A stretch of 51,025 bases of DNA from Chiloscyllium plagiosum (Eukaryota). The DNA lies in assembly GCF_004010195.1 (NCBI RefSeq), contig NC_057718.1:69851402-69902426 (forward strand), read 5' to 3'. Position 1 is the first letter of the stretch. Every line of letters begins with the position of its first letter. Both the position numbers and the translations under genes were made by a program. Below are positions 37,291-48,319 of the stretch, piece by piece. The notes under the pieces were generated by a model. The model saw nothing but the letters and a program-made list of their open reading frames with translations. It did no database searches and was not told the origin of the DNA.

Positions 37291-37757
37291 AGAACAAAGA
37301 ACAAAGAACAAAGAAAATTTACAGCCCAGGAACAGGCCCTTCAGCCCTTCAAGCCTGAGCCACTCCAAATGTACTATCTAAACCTGTCAGTCAATTCCTA
37401 AACATTGTATCCCTCTGCTTCCCACCTACTCATGCATCTGTCCAGACGCATCTTACCGTGCCTGCTTCTACCACCTCTGCTGGCAATGCTTTCCAAACAC
37501 CCACCACCCTCTGTGTAAAGTACTTGCTGCGTGTATCCCCCTTAAACTTTCCACCTCTCACATTGAAAGCATGACCTCTTGTTATTGAATCCTTCGCCCT
37601 CGGAAAAAGCTTGTCTCTATCCACCCTGTCTATACCCTTCATGATTTTGTAAACCTCAATCAGGCCCTCCCTAAATCTCCTTTTTTCTAATGAAAATAAA
37701 CCTAACCTACTCAACCTCTCTTCATAGCTAGCACCTTCCATACCAGGCAACATCCTC
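37291..37757 (-). mobile_element. CR1 3' end with (TTCTTTG)n tail
   Basis: RMLPGMEG...YFTQRVV; AGAACAA repeats at 37291-37315. Confidence 0.92.
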
Positions 37758-38635
37758 NNNNNNNNNNNNNNNNNNNNNNNNNNNNNNNNNNNNNNNNNNN
37801 NNNNNNNNNNNNNNNNNNNNNNNNNNNNNNNNNNNNNNNNNNNNNNNNNNNNNNNNNNNNNNNNNNNNNNNNNNNNNNNNNNNNNNNNNNNNNNNNNNNN
37901 NNNNNNNNNNNNNNNNNNNNNNNNNNNNNNNNNNNNNNNNNNNNNNNNNNNNNNNNNNNNNNNNNNNNNNNNNNNNNNNNNNNNNNNNNNNNNNNNNNNN
38001 NNNNNNNNNNNNNNNNNNNNNNNNNNNNNNNNNNNNNNNNNNNNNNNNNNNNNNNNNNNNNNNNNNNNNNNNNNNNNNNNNNNNNNNNNNNNNNNNNNNN
38101 NNNNNNNNNNNNNNNNNNNNNNNNNNNNNNNNNNNNNNNNNNNNNNNNNNNNNNNNNNNNNNNNNNNNNNNNNNNNNNNNNNNNNNNNNNNNNNNNNNNN
38201 NNNNNNNNNNNNNNNNNNNNNNNNNNNNNNNNNNNNNNNNNNNNNNNNNNNNNNNNNNNNNNNNNNNNNNNNNNNNNNNNNNNNNNNNNNNNNNNNNNNN
38301 NNNNNNNNNNNNNNNNNNNNNNNNNNNNNNNNNNNNNNNNNNNNNNNNNNNNNNNNNNNNNNNNNNNNNNNNNNNNNNNNNNNNNNNNNNNNNNNNNNNN
38401 NNNNNNNNNNNNNNNNNNNNNNNNNNNNNNNNNNNNNNNNNNNNNNNNNNNNNNNNNNNNNNNNNNNNNNNNNNNNNNNNNNNNNNNNNNNNNNNNNNNN
38501 NNNNNNNNNNNNNNNNNNNNNNNNNNNNNNNNNNNNNNNNNNNNNNNNNNNNNNNNNNNNNNNNNNNNNNNNNNNNNNNNNNNNNNNNNNNNNNNNNNNN
38601 NNNNNNNNNNNNNNNNNNNNNNNNNNNNNNNNNNN
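37758..38635. other. Assembly gap
   Basis: Run of N. Confidence 1.
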
Positions 38636-39247
38636 CTCCATACGCGGGAAAAGGTTCATACTGTCGGCCCTATCTAACCCCCTAATCATCTTGTACACCT
38701 CATTCAAGTCACCCCTAAACCTTCTTTTCTCTAATGAAAACAGCGCCAAGTGTCTCAGTCTTTCCTCATATGATCTTCCTTCCATACCAGGCAACATCCT
38801 GGTAAACCTCCTCTGCACCCGTTCCAGTGCCTCCACATCCTTCCTATAGTATGGCGACCAAAACTGCACACAATATTCCAGATGCGGCCGCACCAGAGTC
38901 TTATACAACTTCATCATGACCTCAGGACTCCGGAACTCAATTCCTCTACCAATAAAAGCCAGTACGCCATATGCCTTCCTCACCGCACTATTTACCTGGG
39001 TGGCAACTTTCAGGGATCTGTGTACATGGACACCAAGATCCCTCTGCTCATCCACACTACCAAGTATCCGACCATTAGCCCAGTACCCCATCTTTTTGTT
39101 ATTCTTCCCAAAGTGAATCACCTCACACTTAGCTACATTGAATTCCATTTGCCACCTTTCTGCCCAGTTCTGCAGCTTCTCTATATCCTGCTGTAACCTG
39201 CCACATCCTTCCTCACTGTCAACAACTCCTCCGACTTTCGTATCATA
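38636..39247 (-). mobile_element. Young CR1, 5'-truncated, same subfamily as 1-1005
   Basis: MEFNVAKCEVIHFG...LFPRME closely matches ORF 40..918. Confidence 0.93.
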
Positions 39248-40418
39248 AAGTAGTTACCCGAAATATCCCTACTACCCTTCTTGTATAGGGGGACAACATG
39301 ACCAACCTTCCAGTCCTCAGGCACCTCACCTGTATTTAGGATGCCATAAAGTTTTCTGTCAGGGCCCCAGCTATTTCCTCTCTTGCCTCCCTCAGCATCC
39401 CGGGATAGATCCCATCCAGTCCTGGGGATTTGTCCACCTTAATAACCTGTAGCATACCCAACACATCTTCCCTACTTATGTCAACGTGATCCAGACTAAT
39501 CAAACTTCTATCTCCAATCTCAAGATTCATCGTGTTCCTCTCCTCAGTGAACACTGATGCAAAGTAATCATTCAGAATCTCACCCATTCTCTCAAGTGTG
39601 ACACACAGCCTTCCTTCATTATCTTTTAGTGGACCAATCCTTTCTCTAGTTACCCGCTTGCTTCTTATATAAGAATAAAATGCTTTGGAATTTTCCTAAA
39701 ATCTGCTTGCTAAAGCTATTTCATGACCCCTTTTAGCCCACTTGATTCCTTGTTTAAGCCTTGTCCTACTATAACGATATTCCTCCAGGGCCCGTTCTGT
39801 TCTTAGCTGCCTAGACCTTATGTAGGCTTCCCTTTTCCTCTTGGCTAGTCGTACAATTTCTCCTGTCAGCCACTGTTCACGAATCTTGCCCTTCCTATCC
39901 TTTACCTTCAACTGGACATGCCTATCCTGCACTGCTGTTAACCTATCTTTGAAAGCCGCCCACATCTCAAATGTGGACTTCCCTTCAAATAGCTGTGTCC
40001 AATCCACATTTCCCAGCTCCTGCCTAATTTTGATATAATTGGCCTTGGCCTAGTTTAGTACTCTTCCCTTAGGACCACTCCCTTTATCTACGAGTATTCT
40101 AAAAATAACAGAATTGTGGTCACTGTTCCCAATGAAATCCCCCACCGCAACTTCTACCACCTGTCCTGGCTCATTCCCCAGTACCAGGTCCAATATGGCC
40201 CCTTCCCTCATCGGACTATTGACATACTGCTCTAGAAAACTCTCCTGGACGCTTTGTACAAATTCTACTCCATCGAGACCTCTGACGCTCAGTGTATCCC
40301 AGTCAATGTTGGGAAAATCAAACTCTCCCATCACTACCACCCTATTGCCTCCGCATCTATTCATAATCTGTTTCCCTATTTGTTCTACCTCATGCTCACT
40401 GTTGGGAGGTCTGTAATA
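39248..40418 (-). mobile_element. Host CR1 endonuclease/linker segment
   Basis: YYRPPNS, FPNIDW, AILDLVLGNEPGQV, SDHN, DKSPGLDGIYP. Confidence 0.92.
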
Positions 40419-42937
40419 GAACATAGAACATAGAACATAGAAGAATACAGCGCAGTACAGGCCCTTCGGCCCTCGATGTTGCGCCGATCCAAGCCCACCT
40501 AACCTACACTAGCCCACTATCCTCCATATGCCTATCCAATGCCCACTTAAATGCCCATAATGAGGGAGAGTCCACCACTGCTACTGGCAGGGCATTCCAT
40601 GAACTCACGACTCACTGAGTAAAGAACCTACCCCTAACATCTGTTCTATACCTACCCCCCCTTAATTTAAAGCTACGTGGAAAAAGATTCTCACTGTCGA
40701 CCCTATCTAAACCCCTAATCATCTTGTACACCTCTATCAAGTCACCCCTAAACCTTCTTTTCTCCAATGAAAACAATCCCAAGTGCCTCAGCCTTTCCTC
40801 ATACGATCTTCCTACCATACCAGGCAACATCCTGGTAAACCTCCTATAGTATGGCGACCAAAACTGCACACAATACTCCAGATGTGGACGCACCAGAGTC
40901 TTATACAACTGCAACATGACCTCAGGACTCCGGAACTCAATTCCTCGACCAATAAAAGCCAGTACGCCATATGCCTTCTTCACAGCACTATTTACCTGGG
41001 TGGCAACTTTCAAAGATCTATGTACATGGACACCAANNNNNNNNNNNNNNNNNNNNNNNNNNNNNNNNNNNNNNNNNNNNNNNNNNNNNNNNNNNNNNNN
41101 NNNNNNNNNNNNNNNNNNNNNNNNNNNNNNNNNNNNNNNNNNNNNNNNNNNNNNNNNNNNNNNNNNNNNNNNNNNNNNNNNNNNNNNNNNNNNNNNNNNN
41201 NNNNNNNNNNNNNNNNNNNNNNNNNNNNNNNNNNNNNNNNNNNNNNNNNNNNNNNNNNNNNNNNNNNNNNNNNNNNNNNNNNNNNNNNNNNNNNNNNNNN
41301 NNNNNNNNNNNNNNNNNNNNNNNNNNNNNNNNNNNNNNNNNNNNNNNNNNNNNNNNNNNNNNNNNNNNNNNNNNNNNNNNNNNNNNNNNNNNNNNNNNNN
41401 NNNNNNNNNNNNNNNNNNNNNNNNNNNNNNNNNNNNNNNNNNNNNNNNNNNNNNNNNNNNNNNNNNNNNNNNNNNNNNNNNNNNNNNNNNNNNNNNNNNN
41501 NNNNNNNNNNNNNNNNNNNNNNNNNNNNNNNNNNNNNNNNNNNNNNNNNNNNNNNNNNNNNNNNNNNNNNNNNNNNNNNNNNNNNNNNNNNNNNNNNNNN
41601 NNNNNNNNNNNNNNNNNNNNNNNNNNNNNNNNNNNNNNNNNNNNNNNNNNNNNNNNNNNNNNNNNNNNNNNNNNNNNNNNNNNNNNNNNNNNNNNNNNNN
41701 NNNNNNNNNNNNNNNNNNNNNNNNNCCCCTCATCATCCTCCTTCGTCACCTTTTCAAAGAATTCAATAAGGTTTGTGAGGCACGACTTGCCCTTCACAAA
41801 ACCATGCTGACTATCCTTGATCACATTATTCCTATCTAGATGTGCATAAATCCTATCCCTTACAATTCTCTCTAAGACTTTGCCCACAACAGAAGTGAGA
41901 CTCACCGGCTTATAGTTACTAGGGCTATCCCTACTCCCCTTTTTGAACAAGGGGACCACATTTGCTATCCTCCAGTCTTCTGGGACTACTCCTGTAGACA
42001 AAGAGGACATAAAAATCAAGGCCAATGGCTCTGCAATCTCCTCCCTTGCTTCCCAGAGAATCCTAGGATAAATGCCATCAGGCCCAGGGGACTTATCTAT
42101 TTTCACCTTTTCCAGGATTTCCAATACCTCTTCTCTACATACCTCAAAGCCATCCATTCTACTTATTGTGACTCAGTATTCACATCGACAACAATGTCCT
42201 GTTCCTGAGTGAATACTGAAGAAAAGTATTCATTCAGTGTCTCCCCAATCTCTTCCGCCTCCACACGCAACTTCCCCCTACTATCCTTGACTGGACCTAT
42301 TCCTACCCTAGTCATTCTTTTATTCCTAACATACCTATAGAAAGCCTTAGGGTTTTCCCTAATCCTATCAATTAAGGACCTTTCATGTGCCCTCCTTGCT
42401 GCTTTTAGCTCTCTCTTCAGGTCCTTCCTGGCTACCTTATAACTCTCAATCGCCCCAATTGAACCTTCACGTCTCATCTTGAGATAGGCCGCCCTCTTTC
42501 ATTTAACAAGGGATTCCAATTCCTTATTAAACCACGGTTCCCTCACACGACCCTTTCCTCCCTGCCTGACAGGTACATAATTATCAAGGACACTCAATAG
42601 TTGCTCCTTGAACAAGCTCCACATATCATTTACATTCTTGCCTTGGAGTCTACTTTTCCAAGCCACACATCCTAAGTCATGCCTCACCGCATCATAATTT
42701 CCCTGACCCCAGCTATAACTCTTGCCCTGTAGTGCACACTTATCCCTCTCCATCGCTAGAGTAAAAGTCACCGAATTGTGGTCACTGTTCCCAAAGTGCT
42801 CACCTACCTCTAATTCTAACACCTGGCCTGGTTCGTTACCCAGAACCAAATCCAGTATGGCCTCACCTCTTGTTGGCCTATCTACATATTGTGTCAGGAA
42901 ACCCTCCTGCACACATTGGACAAACAAATGTGTGCAA
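40419..42937 (-). mobile_element. Young CR1 nested in the host CR1 endonuclease (spans a gap)
   Basis: (TTCTATG)n tail at 40419-40440; RT motifs on both sides of the gap; TAATA duplicated at 40414-40418 and 42938-42942. Confidence 0.85.
41037..41725. other. Assembly gap
   Basis: Run of N. Confidence 1.
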
Positions 42938-43275
42938 TAATACAGCCCCAACAATGTAACTGCACCCTTCTTATTTCTCAACTCCACCCATAATACCTCA
43001 CTACCCAAGACCTCCATAGTGTCCTCCTTTAGCACAGCCGTGATATCGTCCCTGACCAGCAATGCAACTCCACCCCCTCTTTTACTTCCCTCCCTGTCCT
43101 GTCTGAACCATCTATATCCTGGCACATTTAGTTGCCAATCATCATGCCCTTCCTTCAACCAAATCTCTGTGATGACAATAATGTATTATTCCCAGGCATT
43201 AATCCAAGCCCTAAGTTCATCTGCCTTACACACTATACTCCTTGCATTAAAGTAGATGCATTTCAGGCCACCAGG
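42938..43275 (-). mobile_element. Host CR1 ORF2 N-terminus (endonuclease)
   Basis: WQLNVPGYRWFRQDREGSKRGGGVALLV...LWVELRN...LLGLYY. Confidence 0.9.
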
Positions 43276-43614
43276 CCACTACTTTGTACCTAAGCTTTTT
43301 TTGTACCTCGGTATATTGATATCTAAACTGCCGCCATGTGTGGCAGCATTGTACACTTTTCACAGTACTCCTGCACTTCTATACTTGAGCACACATGACA
43401 ATAACATCTAAAGTCTCAATCTAATTACTTTGGGAGATTCATGCACGAGTTGGCCCATTCCACGATTGCTGAGGAAGCATGATACTTCATATAACATCGC
43501 TGGGAGATGGACTTCCACAACATGAAGACTTCTTTTGCACACTCAGCAGAAACTTGTCTCATCATGTGGCCTTGGCTACTCAGATTACCAACTCCCTTTC
43601 ATTGAAAACCAACT

Positions 43615-43886
43615 CTAGTTTCTTTGGTGCAGGAGCAGAAAAGACTGATTGTCACATATGTCAGTTAGAGTCTCAAACTGAATGACAGAAATATGGAGAC
43701 TTACTCCAGTAATGAAATTCAAATTTCTAGCTTTGAGATGTGTTATTTCCAGAACCTCAGAAACATCTGTGCAAAGTTTGAAGAGTTTACTGAGAACAAC
43801 CCACTCAAATGGTTTCAAAAGTCCACCAAACTTGGAACAACAAAGATCCATTGGGCCACTGAACTCATTCAGTTTTAATTCCAAGT
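43615..43886 (-). pseudogene. Candidate Ig-domain-like exon, probably decayed
   Basis: Acceptor-like TTTTTGCCTGACCGTATCAG; open frame LELKLNEFSGPMDLCC...FEW...GVSLHISVIQFETLTDIC with Ig-like C-W-C spacing. Confidence 0.4.
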
Positions 43887-44349
43887 CTGATACGGTCAGG
43901 CAAAAATAATGCAAATGTTAATGCCCTTAGACAGAAGACTGTTCACGGAGGGAAACTATCTGCTGATTGGAGGCTATGGCTGAAGTCATGTCAGTCCAGG
44001 GGATTGAATCTGGTCAGTCAGCTGCTCATAGCAATCAGAGAAGGGCCAAATGTCAGTCAGCACAACACCCATAATGACTCATTCTGCCCTATAGTATGCT
44101 GTTTTCCTCTTGGAATGAGGGAGAGAGATAGCAAAGGAAGAGGGTGCACAGATGTACTATTGGTGCAAGTGGGGAGGTGTCCTAAATGAATGAAAAGACA
44201 GTTTAAAGGGCATACAGGGTTAGTGGTGGATTGGGGTGGGTGAGAAAGAATGAAGGAAAATGTTGCAGTTAACAGTGAGAATGGTAGAGCATGAACCTCA
44301 GTGAGAGGTGGGTCCAATAAGCAGAGTTACAGTGAATATGAGTTATCAA

Positions 44350-44700
44350 AGGGAAGATGGTTACACTTACACTGACTGAGTGGAGAAGGTCAATTACATT
44401 GTTCCTACATTGCTACAGATGGCTGAGATGCACAGAGCCAGGTGGCAACTTTGACTGCTGTCATGATCTCTACTGCCATTTCTGGAGAATGAGGATGTGT
44501 CATCAATCAGTGATGTCCCATCACTATATATCCCAACCACCATGACCTCCATGTCCATCTAAAGCAGGCTCCAAATTTCCTTTGTCATCCACATCCAGGA
44601 AAAATGTCAGGAACTGTGTCGAATACAATTCTGGGTGATCAGTGCTTGTCCAGGTGCACAACAGGGTTTTAATGACGGCATCGGAGGCCAGGGAAGTCAG
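44350..44700 (-). mobile_element. Probable Harbinger Myb/SANT-like ORF remnant
   Basis: Minus strand QCRNNVIDLLHSVS then GTAAGT, resembling the QCRKKxNDL motif of Harbinger-associated Myb/SANT proteins. Confidence 0.45.
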
Positions 44701-44863
44701 TCCACTCTAGTTATGGATTTTTGCCGGCAGTCTTCAGTTGTCCTGGGAATAGCAAATGGTAGAATGGGCTCAAATTGAATGAAAGCGGCACTTATGGAGC
44801 GGGGTAGGTAGTTTATGCAGTGCGTTTGATAAAATGCAAAAAGAAAACTCACTCGACCTTGTG

Positions 44864-45835
44864 GATAGAAACATAAAACATAGATCATAGAACATTACAG
44901 CACAGTACAGGCCCTTCAGCCCTCAATGTCGTGCCAAATTGTGAAATCAATCTGAAGCACATCTAAGCTTTACTATTCCATTCTCATCCATATGCCTCTC
45001 CAATGAACATTTAAATGCACTTAAAGTTGGCAAGACTACTACAGGTGTAGACAGTGCATTCCAGGCCCCTACTACTCTCTGAGTAAAAAAAACTACCTCT
45101 GACATGTGTCCTATATCTATCACTCCTCAATTTAAAGCTAAGTCCCCTCATGCTAGCCATCGCCATCTGAGGAAAAAGGCTCTCCCTGTCCACCCTATCT
45201 AACCCTCTAATTATCTTATATGTTTTAATTATGTCACCTCTCAACCTTCTTCTCTCTAATGAAAACAGCCTCAAGTCCCTCAGCCTTTCCTCGTCAGACC
45301 TTCCCTCCATACCAGATAACATCCTGGTAAATCTTCTCTGAAAACCTTCCAAAGCTTCCACGTCCTTCCTATAATGCAGTAACCAGAACTGTATGTAATA
45401 CTCCAAGTGTGGCTGCACTACAGTTTTATACAGCTGGTTAATATGACCTCATGGTTCTGTAACTCAATCCCTCTCTCAATAAAAGCTATGTTTTCCTAAA
45501 AACCCTATCAACCTAGGTGGCAACTTTCAAGGATCTATGTACATGGACACTGAGATCTTTCTACAGTACCAGGGATCTTACCATTAGTCCAATACTCTTT
45601 ATTCCTGTTGCTCCTTCCAAAATGAATCACCTCACACTTTTCTGCATTAAACTCCATTTGCCACCTCTTAGCCCAGCTCTGCAGCTTATCAATGTAACTG
45701 ACAACATCCTTCATCACTATCCATAACTATACCGACCATCGTGTCATCCGTAAATTTACAAACCCATCCTTCTATGCCCTCATCCAAGTCATTTATAAAA
45801 ATGACAAACAACAGTGGACCCAAAACAGATCCTTA
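44864..45835 (-). mobile_element. CR1 RT and 3' end
   Basis: PHLEYYIQFW, RRFTRML, WQMEFNAEKCEVIHFG; degenerate tail at 44864-44895. Confidence 0.92.
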
Positions 45836-46019
45836 GATCCCTACCACTAGTAACTAAACCCTGTGTGAAACTCAACTAAACAGTCGCCTAGACAAAAAAA
45901 AATAAGATTCAGTCCCTGCGTTTTATAATGAAATATAAGCAAACTTAAAAGGATCATTTCACATTCTGAAACACGTAATAGTAGAAGAGATGGAAGCAAT
46001 TGTAGGTAATTCAATCCTT

Positions 46020-46365
46020 TGAAATTTATTGGGGTAGAAAATGCCATTAAGTGAAGAAATTCTTTCTCATATCAGGTCTAAATGGCGGGAGCCTCACTCA
46101 GAAATTGTGTTCCTTGGTTCTTGACTCCCAGTCAGGGGAAACATCCTTCCTGTATCTACCCAGTACATTCCAATAAGAATTTTGCATTTGATTGATACCA
46201 TCTCATTTTCTTTTAAATTCAAGAGAATAACAGCGGTCCATTTATTTGTCACTCTTTTGACAACCCCTCCACCTGAGGAATTAGATTAGTGAAATTTTGG
46301 TTGTGCTCCCTTTATGGTAAACATAGTTTTCCTAGGGAAGGAGGCTCAAATAGTACACAATGCTG
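46020..46365 (-). mobile_element. Old CR1 3' fragment
   Basis: Reverse-complement similarity to 47300-47480. Confidence 0.6.
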
Positions 46366-46371
46366 TTATAA

Positions 46372-46470
46372 ATAAAAGCAAAATACTGTGAATGCTGAAA
46401 AATCTGAAATAAAATCAGGAAGTGCTGGAAAAACTCAGCAGGACTTGCAGTGTATGAGAGAGACAGAGAG
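46372..46470 (-). mobile_element. Penelope-related short element split by the CR1 at 46472-47692 (remainder at about 47693-47721)
   Basis: GTGCTGGAAAAACTCAGCAGG motif; distal piece reads CTGAAGA-AGTC-ATATTG-GACT-TCAAAC on the minus strand. Confidence 0.6.
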
Positions 46471-46471
46471 A

Positions 46472-47692
46472 AGGTCTGATGTAACTATGAAGATGGACAA
46501 GGGAAAGCCCATGGATGTAGTGTACCTGGACTTTCAGAAAACCTTTGATAAAGTCCCACATAGGAGATTAGTGAGCAAAATTAGGGCACATGGTACTGGG
46601 GGAAAAATACTGACTTGGATTGAAAATTGGCTGGCTGACAGGAAGCAAAGAGTAGTGATAAATGGGTCCCTTTCAGAATGGCAGGTGGTGACCAGTGGGG
46701 TACCACAAGGTTCGATGCTGGGACCGCAGCTGTTTACAATATACATTAACGATATAGATGAAGGTATTAAAAGTAATATTAGCAAATTTGCTGGTGACAC
46801 AAAGCTGGGTGGCAGGGTGAAATGTGAGGAGGATGTTATGAGAATACAGGGTGACTTGGACAGGCTAGGTGAGTGGACGGATGCATGGCAGATGCAGTTT
46901 AATGTGGATAAATGTGTGGTTATCCACTTTGGCGGCAAGAAAAGGAAGGCAGACTACTATCTAAATGGAATCAAGTTAGGCAAAGGGGAAGTACAACGAG
47001 ATCTAGGTGTTCTTGTACATCGGTCAATGAAAGCAAACATGCAGGTACAGCAGGCAGTGAACAAAGCTAATGGCATGCTGACCTTCATAACAAGAGGAAG
47101 TGAGTATAGGAGCAAAAAGGTCCTTCTGCAGCTGTATAGGGCCCTGGGTATTGTGTGCAGTTTTGGTCTCCAAATTTGAGGAAGGACATTCTGGTTATTG
47201 AGGGAGTGCAGCATAGGTTCACAAGGTCAATTCCCGGATTGGCGAGACTATCATATGTTGAAAGGTGGAGCGACTGGGCTTGTATTTAGAAGGATGAGAG
47301 GGGCTCTGGTTGAGACGTATAAGATTATTAAAGGACTGGACACATTTGGAGGCAGGAAGCATGTTTCCACTGATGGGTGAGTCCAGAACCAGAGGACACA
47401 GTTTAAAAATAAGGGGTTGGCCATTTAGAACAGAGTTGAGGAGAAACGTCTTCACCCAGAGAGTGGTGGATACATGGAATGCTCTGCCCCAGAAGGCAGT
47501 GGAGGACAAGTCTCTGGATACATTCAAGAAAGAGATGGAAAGAGTTCTTAAAGATAGTGGAATCAAGGCTTATGGGGATAAGGCTGGAACAGGATACTGA
47601 TTGTGAATGATCAGCCATGATCATAATAAATGGTGGTGCTTGCTCAAAGGGTCGAATGGCCTACTCCTGCACTCATTGTCTAATGTCTATTG
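46472..47692 (+). mobile_element. CR1 LINE, 5'-truncated, RT to tail
   Basis: YLDFQKTFDKVPH, SGVPQGSMLGP, KFAGDTK, FTQRVV; tail ATTGTCTAATGTCTATTGT. Confidence 0.94.
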
Positions 47693-47721
47693 TTTGAAGT
47701 CCAATATGACTTCTTCAGAAC

Positions 47722-48100
47722 ACAATAATGCAAATGCGATTTCACCAAAGCTGTATTGAAGCATCTAACTTCTGTACTCATCCATTTTCATGCAAAAAAA
47801 GCCTACACACTTGGTGCTTTCTTAATTACTTGTGGTGTCTATAAGTTAACTTGCAGTGACTAATGAATAAGGACACCCAAATCCCTAAGAGGTTCACATT
47901 TCTCAGCCTCTCACAATTGAAGTAAATTTTTGTATTGCTGCTTTTCCTATCAAATCAAATAACCTGACATTTCAACATATATTTTGTCACTAACTATTTG
48001 CTCACACACTTAACGTCTCCTTGAGGTATCTTTGTAATCTCCTCCCAAGTCACACTTTCAGTTTTGTGTCATCTGAAAACTTGAAAATATTACATTTAAT
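47722..48100 (-). mobile_element. Very old CR1 fragment
   Basis: Minus strand AAGTTTTCAGATGACACAAAAC (KFSDDTK) at about 48060-48082. Confidence 0.55.
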
Positions 48101-48101
48101 C

Positions 48102-48319
48102 TGAAATAACTTCACAAGGCCATTGTTCCATCACCAAGCCACCCTTTATTTACACGTGTACCGTACATGTACTCTGACCAGCTAGCTCAGTGCCAGTCCC
48201 TAGAGTGAGGGCAATCCCTGAAACTTCTGGTTATATTTGAATGGCCCAGGTTAACAGCCCCAGTCACGGAACTCATATTCAATGAGTTCCACCTGGCCAA
48301 CCTTGTTCCAGTCACAATA
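48102..48319 (-). mobile_element. 3' LTR of a second Mag-like Gypsy element
   Basis: Homologous to 12018-12234 (TGAAATAAC...TTCCATCACCAAGC...TTCCAGTCAC); preceded on the minus strand by purine tract GGCAAAGGAGGAA (48320-48332). Confidence 0.85.

Noticed and set aside
2890..42157. Long ORFs containing X runs (2890-3961, 7949-8758, 21036-21905, 37430-39148, 40612-42157)
   Set aside because: Artefacts of reading through N gaps; the real parts are TE fragments
43693..43878. Plus-strand ORF faintly like an RTE LINE C-terminus (SFEMCYF)
   Set aside because: Only a few residues match and there are no flanking RT motifs; the minus-strand reading has better support
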